Shown piece after piece: positions 1 through 9,081 of a stretch of 13,764 nucleotides of DNA. The stretch is from Geosiphon pyriformis uo1. Lineage: Eukaryota > Fungi > Glomeromycota. Numbering within the stretch: position 1 is the first letter of the stretch; every line of letters starts with the position of its first letter. The translations under genes were made by a program, and so were the position numbers. The notes below the pieces were generated by a model. The model worked only from the letters and a program-made list of their open reading frames with translations. It was not told the DNA's origin and searched no databases. The DNA lies in the NCBI GenBank assembly GCA_016748015.1, contig JAAOMT010000133.1:2949-16712 (forward strand). Reading direction: 5' to 3'.

Positions 1-3000
1 GCCCAAAACTCGAAATTTTCTCAATGACAATTTAAAGTGGACTCACCAAAAGATTTTGTTCTCTTTGAGCTCAATAAATACGCAATTCTAAATAATTCTT
101 TCAACGAAAAAGATTTTGATTTATTTTTGAGTTAATCATCATTGATTCACAAGCAAAAATTTTCCCTTTAATTGATTTCTCGAATGATGACGTTTGTTGT
201 GGAAAGCTTGAGGTAAGCAGGAAGAACCCTTAAACTAAATTTTTCTTTCACTCTGTTTTATCTGCATATGTTTCAATAAATCTATTCTTTGATCATTAGT
301 TAAATAAATATGAAAAAAATTATCGTTCAAAGGAAAATTCACGCGAAACTTGAGTGTGTACGATTAAAAGGTTTGGAGTACAAATTGACCTGAATGAATA
401 ATTGACAGCTTTGTTCCACTAAAAACTTAGTAATCAATTACACTATTATGTAACCACCGCTTTTAGAAAGTGATGTATTACTTATATGATAGGTATTCCA
501 GTTGATATATCATATAATTTAAGACAAAAGAAATTGGCATTTATTTGAATATTTTTCATCTTCACAAATCATCGAATAAGATATTTTCTAATACAAGAAA
601 ATTCATTGAAGAAGAAATCTGCATGCGTTTTGGACATTTAAAAATGTAAGTCTTTGATGGCATTTATCGTCATTCCTTTCATAACATCTCGGAAAAAATA
701 TCAGATATTCGTTGATTCTTTTTCATTTTCAAAGTATAGAATATAAGATAAATCCTGGATTGGAAATTTATTTAACTGACACTACATAAATTTTCTGAAG
801 ATGGAAGGTATTTATTTTAATATTAAAATCAAAAATATTATTATAAATTTATGAGATAGTTCATGTGAATTTTTTCTAAAGAAGATTCCTTTTTTTTTGT
901 TTCGTATCCGAGACTAGATATTTAATCTAGAATTCAAAATATTGACAAGTTTCATTGGAATCAGATTTTAAAAGAACAAATCATAATCTTAACATTTGGG
1001 ATGGTGAAATAAAAAAATTTAAGCAGTCCCAAAACTTAAATTTCTAATAAATCAAATTTTTATTCAGTGTAACTCTTTGGAATATTTTTTTGAATCTAAA
1101 ATTTAATATTAATTATTATTTGATATTTTTTCTGTGGTAAACTTTAGCTTTGTCGAAGAAATTAGAATTTTGAAAACGAATGAACCAATGTAAAAAATAC
1201 AAATTTGTGTCATGTTCACCTAAGCAAAATTTATTGGAGTATGCATTTTTAACGGAATTTCAAAGATTCTTGCAAAGAATGTACATGAATCTTTTTGAAT
1301 GAAATTTTTTAAATCTTTATGTAAATTGTTTACACGTTTAATTCGATCAAATGTGTACGCAGCCCCCAGATCTTTGAGAAACAAATTTCAAGAAATTTAC
1401 TTGATAATAAATTGAGTAGGTTATTGAACACACGAATCGAACATTTTCATTAAATATTTTTACTGGGTTCTAAAAAAAGAACCCTAATTTGTAACAAACC
1501 TTAAATTAATGAATGTTTTCGCCCTAATTCTAAACATTCTGCGCTTTGTGAAAGGGTAAAATGCACAATGATTATGTAAATTCTATTACACACAACACTG
1601 TATTCCATTAAAGAATATAACATTGTCGTAGTCATGCCATCAATAATTTTATTTTATTTTTAATAGTTACATTCTTGGAAAATCAAAGGAAAAGCCAAAA
1701 TCAAATGAGATCTTCTTTACTGGTAAAACTGAGGCTAGGCTAATCAAAGCTTTTAGTTTTCCTGGATATACAGTTGGGGTTTAAATTTTTAGCATTGGGA
1801 TTTGGTTTGAGTAACTCTGATAACCTTAAACAAATAAGATTTTCTTTAATTGGTTTAATATTTTTATATTGTTGAAAAAGGATGCATGTTTCGAACTTGA
1901 ATTAAAAATTTCTTTGCTCTTGATCAAACTTCAGAAAAGAAAATGTACCACACTTTCATACCAGGACATTCTGCGTTAAAATATTTTTAACAAGATTTTA
2001 AAGTTTGAAAACTTTTAATTGGCTTATAATATGCACCTATTTTCATGATTCTTTAGAAAAAGTCTTTGTGTAAATACCTTTTTGGTCAAATTTTTTTCGA
2101 AAAAAAATTTTCTTATTTCCAATTTCGAATTAGTGGATTTAAAATAAACCAGTTCATTTTTGCTTTTAATTCGAAAATTTCATTTAATAACAATATACTA
2201 ATAGTGAATTTTTATTTAAAAAAAATTGTCCTAGTATTCTAGTTTTATAATATATAATTAATTAAATAATTCAATAGCCATTATGAAAAAAATAATTATA
2301 ATAATTATTATTATTAGAAAAAATACCGTTTTAGGATTTGGAATATTCTAGAAAAATATTGTATTAAGTTGATTTCATTTTCAAAAATTCTTGGATTATT
2401 ATTATTACTTAACACTTGTAATTTTTGCTTAAATTCTAAAATTGGTTTTAATTTATTAATAAAATTACTAAATATTTTTGAATGACTTTAAATATTTCAT
2501 AAATAATTCTACTTTTTTGAATGACTTAAATTATTAAAATATGTTCAATTCTCTAATCAATGTAAATAAAAATCTTCATTTCAACATGAATCAAACACCA
2601 ATTTGAACTGTTTTCAATAAATAAAATTTTTCGCGCATTACATTAAGAATATCATAATCGACATAAACAAAATTTGTTTTTGCTTTTTGTTTTTTTTTAT
2701 ATTTTAATAAATAAATAATTATTTACATTCTTTTTTGGTTCTAAACATATCTGTGTGTTTAAAAAATTAATCTAATTTCGTATTTATTAATGAATAATTT
2801 AATTAATTTTTTGTTGAATGACTATTTGTTATTGTTTAAAAAAAATTGTTTTTTGTTTATAAATATTGAATCTCCCATGGTTAAACAATTCAAAAGTTTA
2901 TTTGGATGCGTAAATTCTGGTTAATTCGATATTCTCTATTTTTGAATTCAATTATTGATAAAGTAATTGTGATTTTTTCACCTTTTATTGGAAAAGATTT

Positions 3001-4182
3001 TTTTCGTGTTCATCTTTGTCAAAATATGGCTAGAATAATTTTTTAAATTGGATCAATTTCTTTTTTACAATTTATATATTAACATAAATAATTTGTTAAA
3101 TTTTATTGTCATTGCTTTTGTTAAAATAATAATTTAAAAAATTGAAAATTAAATAAATTTTTATTTAATTTAATCAATAAATAACTATATAATTAAATTT
3201 TTTTATATTAATTATAAATTGAAATTAAAATTCATTATTTTGTATCCTTGAAACATTAATTATATATTTATTAAAAATTCACTTAATATTATTTTTCTAT
3301 ATTGTCATAAAAAAAATACTATATTAATACTTGTGTTTTTTGGAATTAAAACTTAATTTTGAAATTTTGAAGAATCATTTTTAATATCTCCTTTTTTTAT
3401 TTATAGATCTCTTAATAAAATACAAAAATATTTATAAATCCTGATTGTAAAATAAAAATCCAAAAAGTGTATTTAAAACATTAAAAAAAAAAATTTTATT
3501 TTATTATATGTAATTAATATTATTTTTGATAACTATATATTTAAGTTATTGTTATGATAAAAAATTGAGTTGATTTTGGTCATAGAAAAAGAAATAAAAG
3601 AAATAATTTTATTTTATGAATAGATGATAAAGTCAAGATTATACATTTGTTATTATATTAAATAAAAAGTAAAAAAACCCTGATAGTTTTAATTAAAGCT
3701 ATAATATCTAATAAAATAATTATTAATAAAAAGTGAATGATTTTTAGTATTTAAAAGAAATATTTTTAGGCTAAAATGAAGTTTATTTCTCAAATATAAG
3801 AAATCTAATTACATGATCAAAAGTTTTAAGATTAATAAAAACGTTATAGTTTTTTAACTTTTTTTCCAAAAATTTAGCTATATGAATTTTATTCTTAATT
3901 TGAGAACAAAGTTCCAGTGGAGAGTACGATAAAACGACCTTTAAATGTAAACTTATGAGAAGAAAACATTTTTGATCAAGGAGCCCAAAATAATTAGTTT
4001 TTAATGCGCATTTTTAAGATTTTTCATATGAATCTTTTCCTGTGAATAGAACCAATCAAAAGCATGATATCATCTTAAAATTTGAGCCATTTATGCGATA
4101 ATTGTTTGGTTTGCTCAAAGCTTTGAAAGATGATGAAATTGATGAATTATGTGACTACATCATTTTTAAGTTATCAGGTTAA

Positions 4183-4190
4183 TATATAAA
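4183..4190 (+). promoter_or_regulatory. Possible TATA box
   Basis: TATATAAA about 70 nt upstream of ATG 4261; weak evidence in such AT-rich DNA. Confidence 0.25.
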
Positions 4191-4260
4191 AACTAGTTAG
4201 GGTATGATTTATTTTTTTTAGAGAAAAATTCAGAATATAGCTTTAAAACTTTTATAAAAG

Positions 4261-6253
4261 ATGAATGAGTCGGGAAGTGAGTCCTATTCAAAAGAAAATA
4301 ATGCTGATTTAGAACAAAGGAAGATGAACTCGGGAAATTCGTCCGATGAAAAATCTTCTGAAACAAGTTGCAAAGAAAATAATTCAGATGAGCCTAGATC
4401 TAATAATGGAATCACAAATCATATTTCTGGGGATTCTGTTTCTCAATCGAACGAACCTGGTATGTATTGGTTCAAAGAGAAAAAGTTTAACAACTTAAGC
4501 GAGATCTGTTCAATTTTTGAACTATTAATCGAGACGACAACAAAAAATCTGCTTCAATTCCTGTGACATACTAGGTGAAATGTTAATCAATATAGCTGAA
4601 GAGACCAATAAACCTTTGACGGAAACCTCTTCAAATTCAGATATTGGTAGTTGATAAATGTTTTTTAACTTGATAGAACTTTGCAGTTAATGTTTTATTG
4701 ACCCATATTTTAGCTACCTCCCCTTCAGATTTACTTGATTTTTTCGAAGACGGGAAAAATTTGTGGAGAACAGAAAATCAGCCTGTATCTATTGATGGTA
4801 AGCGCCTAGTAAAGAGAAAGACATTTCAAGCGAGATCATCTTGATCCGTTATTAATTTCATGTGATACATTTAGGAGATTCCCAAAACGAGAAAAATCAC
4901 AATCTTGAGGAAGAAACCGAGGCAAAAAAAATATCATCAGCAGAAGAACCGATTAATGTTCGAGGTAAGCTACCCCTTGATAATTTGTAAAGGAAAGGCT
5001 AATTATTTTCTTATTTCCTCATTTATAACATTTTCGTGACAATTTTAGAACAAAAGGATCATATATCCCCATTATTTAATCAACAAGACAAGTTATCTCA
5101 TGAATTAAAATCCTATCATACTTCATTTAAAGAACACCAATCATCTTGTGAGGCAAATCGAGAAGAAATCAAGACTAAGATTCAAGAGCAAAATGCCTTT
5201 GCAGCCAAGATAAATGCACTTTTTGAATTGCTCCAAGAAAAGCAAACCTCTGAGGAGGTAAACAGAGAAGAGCTTAAATCTCAAGTGCTCAAACTTCAAA
5301 ATAATAACGAATGTCTTGGAAAAGAACTCTCAAAAGCGTTCGCCAGTAACGAACGACTTGAACAGCTGATTGCTGACATGAAATTGTCTATTGATACGAT
5401 GGATACTCGTATCAAAGAATGGAATTCCCATTTACAATCTCTTGAAACTGAGTTGAATTCGGTCAATAACATCATAGGTAGTCAGGGAGTACAGGTCACA
5501 GAAGTGAGCTCTCACATGCAAGCAATTGCTCAAGATGTGGCAGAAGTGGACAGGGCCATTCAAATGTTAAGAACAAGTTCACAAGAAGTTAAAGAAAGTG
5601 GCGAAGTAATGAGAAAACAGATTGAAGAGAATAAAAATCTTATAATGAACCTTCAGACCGAGGTTAATAAAATTCAGGATGCGAAGCATGAGATAACTCA
5701 AAAGATTCAAGATTTGAATTCAGAGTTAATTCGTAAGAAAGTTCTTAACGATGGATTCCGTAAGATTGAATTAAATACCGCTGATTTATATAAAAAGATA
5801 ACCAAGCTTCAAAAGTTTTTAGAAGATATCGATACCTTTAATAATGAGCTCAACTCAAAGGTGTTACACTTGGAGGAAAAATATCAGGAAGTGATTAAGA
5901 CACCTCAAAGACTTGCCCATTTTGAACAACATCTAAAAGAGATTCAGGAAGAATCAAAATCTTTCGTAGAAGAAAAAACCAGATTGAGGAACCATGTTCA
6001 AAAAGAGTTGGGAAAATTCGATAAATTAGTCAATGAAGTTCGCAGGGAGATTAACAAGTCTATCGCCAGCAACAATAGTGTTCAAGAGGAATTTGACAAA
6101 AAATTATTAATAATTTCAACGCGATTTCAGAAGGATTTTGATAAACTTTGTCGAAAAGTTGAAAGGGGAGAGAAGTTGAACTTTGCAAGTATGATAATTA
6201 TATGCCTTACTCTGGTAGTTTTTGCAGCTGTAGCGATTTATGAAGGAGCTTGA
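4261..6253 (+). CDS. Five-exon gene for a ~549 aa tail-anchored coiled-coil protein (disordered N-terminus, long coiled coil, C-terminal TM helix); exons 4261-4459, 4575-4646, 4714-4797, 4875-4964, 5049-6253
   Basis: Manual splicing at four GT..AG introns (115, 67, 77, 84 nt, all phase 1) gives 199+72+84+90+1205 = 1650 nt with no internal stop, ending at TGA 6251-6253. Junction peptides: ...SQSNEP-G-EMLINIAEETNKPLTETSSNSDI-A-TSPSDLLDFFEDGKNLWRTENQPVSID-G-DSQNEKNHNLEEETEAKKISSAEEPINVR-E-QKDHISP... ATG 4261 has A at -3 and an in-frame TAA upstream (4255-4257). Exon 5 is E/K/Q/L-rich and heptad-like, ending in FASMIIICLTLVVFAAVAIY-EGA*. Confidence 0.85.
4460..4574 (+). other. Intron 1 (GT-AG, phase 1, 115 nt); alternative in-frame acceptor at 4595
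   Basis: Donor G|GTATGT; acceptor ..GTGACATACTAG|G. A second acceptor AATATAG| at 4595 keeps the frame and removes 7 aa. Confidence 0.75.
4647..4713 (+). other. Intron 2 (GT-AG, phase 1, 67 nt)
   Basis: Donor G|GTAGTT; acceptor ATTGACCCATATTTTAG|; flanking exons join in frame. Confidence 0.75.
4798..4874 (+). other. Intron 3 (GT-AG, phase 1, 77 nt)
   Basis: Strong donor G|GTAAGC; acceptor GTGATACATTTAG|; in-frame join. Confidence 0.8.
4965..5048 (+). other. Intron 4 (GT-AG, phase 1, 84 nt)
   Basis: Donor AG|GTAAGC; GCTAAT branch-like motif at 4998-5003 followed by a pyrimidine tract; acceptor TTTTAG| joins the frame of the 405-codon ORF. Confidence 0.85.
6182..6241 (+). other. C-terminal transmembrane helix (tail anchor)
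   Basis: 20 uncharged, mostly hydrophobic residues FASMIIICLTLVVFAAVAIY, preceded by charged KLCRKVERGEK and followed by only EGA-stop. Confidence 0.8.
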
Positions 6254-6617
6254 ACCTTTGATTCTAAGGAAAACAGCCAATAAGTAATTTTATTTTGAAT
6301 ATGTTAAAAATTTAAATGTAGTTATCTAGGTGGCACATTCATTAATGCTAATTTGTAAAATTTTGTGTAAAAGTTTTATGAGCTAATTTTTCATAGACTA
6401 TGAGTTAGAAGAATATAGCATTTAATATTAAAGAATGTCATTTAGGGTTTTTTGTGATTAACTTATTCTTTCAAACTGATTATTTTTATAGTAAAAAAAA
6501 AAACTTGAAAGTTCTTCAAGAAACTCTAATGATTTCCATAGCAAAAAGCATTAAAATTTTATGCTGGATTTATTATTCGTATCATTCATAAACGTATTTT
6601 ATCAGAATTTATTGGGA

Positions 6618-6635
6618 ATATATATATATATATAT
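6618..6635. repeat. (AT)9 microsatellite
   Basis: Read directly from the sequence. Confidence 0.9.
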
Positions 6636-7780
6636 GTCAAAATGTGAAAATATCAACGCATTCAGTAATTTTTAAATAATTTTTGTAATTTATTATAAAC
6701 AAAAAAGTTTTTTCTGAATTTTCTTTTCAAAATAAAACAAATGACCATGAGAAAAAAATTTGACAAAGTTATTATTTTTTAAAAAATGAAAAAGATTTTC
6801 ATGATACTAATTATAAAATTTATTATTTGTTAATAAAAATTAAATAGTTTATAATATTATTTTATAAATTTTATAAAAAAAATAATAAAGCAAAATAAAA
6901 AAAAAATATTTTTAATTTAAATTTCATTGAACATTTATGGAATGAGTAATTAAAATGACATATTAATAAAAGGCCCAAGAAGTTTTTTTTTAGAGTTTTT
7001 ACAAAAAAAAAAAAAATTTGAAACAAATATTTTATTTATTTAAAAATTTAAAATTCTAATTTAATCTTTAATTAAATTATTTTTGTTATTTAAATTAATC
7101 GACCAATTATAAAAATTTAAAATTTAAAAGTTTTCAAAATAATTATCTTATTCATACTTTTTAAAAATTAATCAAACATTATATAATCAACTTTTCACAA
7201 AAAATGATGTCAAAATACTTGTTTGAAATCATAAAATTTTTAATTTGATAACTTTATATTTCTGATTATCTCACACACTATGAATGAGCATTATCAATTA
7301 AAAATCTAAGGCATAATAAATTAAATATTCATATTGCTGCTTATATAATTTAATTTTTGAAGGTTGAGTCATTTAAACTTTCTGTAAAAATTATATTAGC
7401 GTTGCTATTCTTCTAGAATAATGTTTATTAAAAAAAATATATTACAATTACATAATACTATTTTTTTTTTTTTTTACTTTGGATTAGGATATTGTCAGCT
7501 TTTAGCTAGTATGCTGATTATTTAGTGCTATATTATCTAAGGAAATTAGTTTTCCGCAGCTGGTTTTTCAGCTGTAAAACTACCAAAGTTTGTCACAAAA
7601 TCAATTGATTACTTAATGCACTTGTATATTGTATCTTATTTTTTTTTTTTTTGAGGTAACCTTTTTTGAAGTGACAAATTAGAGCTACTCTGGTCTGTGG
7701 TGCTTTCGTTCGAGCGTAAAAAATTTATTGATGACACAATTAAAATATATTTTGTGAGATAAAGTATTTTTTAATATATG

Positions 7781-7800
7781 TATATATATATATATATATA
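7781..7800. repeat. (TA)10 microsatellite
   Basis: Read directly from the sequence. Confidence 0.9.
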
Positions 7801-8124
7801 ATTTTAATATCTCGGTTACCTAGCTATAGATAACACCAAAAATCAAATATATAGCTTCATGAGAACCAGATATAATATGAGAATTAGGTAAAAATTACTA
7901 TATATGTTGCTAACGTTGAGATTAAGTAAAAGATTAAATTTTGGAACAAAATTTTTTCTTTAAATTATAAATTTTTGTTGGAAGCATCATTTTTGTTTCT
8001 GGATTTCGAAAAAATTCCAAATTTCAAAATTGTCTAAAGCTTACGAAAAAAAAGATTCAAAGAAACCAAAAATGGTCATTCAAAAATATAGGTTAAAAAA
8101 GAGCTGAGTAAAATATTTAAAATA

Positions 8125-8134
8125 CAGTGAGTGA

Positions 8135-8166
<32 letters not shown>

Positions 8167-8173
8167 CAAAAAA
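8125..8173 (+). repeat. Left TIR of the Tc1 element containing a compound microsatellite (AGTG)4(TG)12
   Basis: Reads C(AGTG)4(TG)12ACAAAAAA directly after TA. Confidence 0.8.
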
Positions 8174-8387
8174 CTTAAAACATCAACAGATAAAAGTTAT
8201 TACATAAAAACTTTTCTTATCCAATCAGTAATCAAATAAAAAGTTCACCATTGCCAAAGCGGAATTAATTTGCAGCTTTGTTTATAATTCACATTAGAAA
8301 TAAATCTGTCAATAAAAGAATATAGCAAGAAAAAGCTGATCTCCTCCTGAAGTGAGTAAACGTTCCCCTTCTAAAATTAATTAAGAT

Positions 8388-8999
8388 CACAAAAGGCGGT
8401 AATAGTCGTCGTAAGGAAAATACGGAACAATATGTTCATAAGAATTCTTTGTTTTTTTGCTAATAAATTAGATAGATAGGGGAGTAGACATTTCATATTG
8501 TACAATTGGTAAACATTTTAAAATCACATGAATATTATGAAAAATTTAAAAATTATTACACTAAATGCTCACGCTAGTTCAAAAGCAGAAAGGGCCCAAA
8601 TTTCATCTTATTTTTGGCGTATCATGAATGCTAAGTTTTATATTGAAATTTTGCAAAAACATGTTGGAAAATTTAATGGAATACTTGTTGGGAACAAGTG
8701 GTGCTTTCAACAGGACAACGATCATAAGCATAAAAAGTCGAGTAGTTAAGGCGTTTCTTGCGGAAAATTTAACTAAAGTTATTGACTGGCCGCCGTGTAG
8801 TTCGGATCTAAATCCTATTGAAAATCTATTGACAAACGTTAAAACGTGAATTAGAGAAAAAATATGGATGATTTGGAGTGATATATGGTTGAAGAGTGTA
8901 ATTCTTTGCTAAAAATTATTCTAACAATTTTAGTGAATTCATTGTCGCTGCGTTGTGAGTTGATTATAAAGAGTAAAAGCCAAAAGAATTTTATATTAA
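8388..8999 (+). pseudogene. Frameshifted Tc1 DDE transposase pseudogene
   Basis: Motifs in the expected order: HK/GGNSRRK (GRPRK-like, 8388-8415), MLTLVQKQK (~8565-8591), IMNAKFYIEIL, WCFQQDNDHKH, WPPCSSDLNPIENL, then LVNSLSLRCELIIKSK...LY* (stop 8997-8999). Removing one A from the A5 run at 8732-8736 gives exactly 34 residues between D (8714) and E (8820). The first catalytic Asp region (WSDE-like) appears deleted. This explains ORFs 8528..8749 and 8628..8849. Confidence 0.9.
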
Positions 9000-9064
9000 T
9001 AATAAAATCAGTGACTTTTGGCCTTTCTAACAATATATTAATTATACGATTCCGTGTGTGATCT

Positions 9065-9081
9065 TTTTTTGTAACACACTG
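9065..9081 (-). repeat. Right TIR of the Tc1 element
   Basis: TTTTTTGTAACACACTG followed by TA, about 65-80 nt after the transposase stop. Confidence 0.8.

Larger units (their letters stand above)
8125..9081 (+). mobile_element. Degenerate, internally deleted Tc1-family (DD34E) DNA transposon, 957 bp, TA target-site duplication
   Basis: Left end TA|CAGTG (TA 8123-8124); right end CACTG|TA (TA 9082-9083). Right TIR reverse complement CAGTGTGTTACAAAAAA matches the left CAGTGTGTGACAAAAAA (16/17) once the microsatellite is collapsed. Transposase motifs lie between the ends. Confidence 0.85.

Noticed and set aside
1340-1602. Second Tc1 end (CACAACACTG|TA at 1591-1602) with an SPDL-like stretch near 1361
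   Set aside because: No partner TIR and no other transposase motifs found.
2088-2110. Palindrome AAA T7 CG A8 TTT
   Set aside because: Homopolymer arms are expected by chance at this AT content.
2100-3850. Second very AT-rich block, including a short duplicated TTTTGAATGACTT (about 2476 and 2515)
   Set aside because: It may be another eroded repeat, but I recovered no motifs or termini. The two-copy repeat is not a CRISPR-like array.
4261-4566. 101 aa ORF as a standalone gene
   Set aside because: It is exon 1 reading through into intron 1; composition shifts at the GTATGT donor (4460).
5036-5048. GTG start for the 405 aa ORF
   Set aside because: It lies in the 3' end of intron 4; the ORF is the terminal exon entered at 5049.
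7681-7740. tRNA/SINE-like A box (TGGTCTGTGG) and B box (GTTCGAG), or U3-like boxes (GAGCGT, TTGATGA)
   Set aside because: The boxes are only about 7 nt apart, and I see no cloverleaf or other snoRNA elements.
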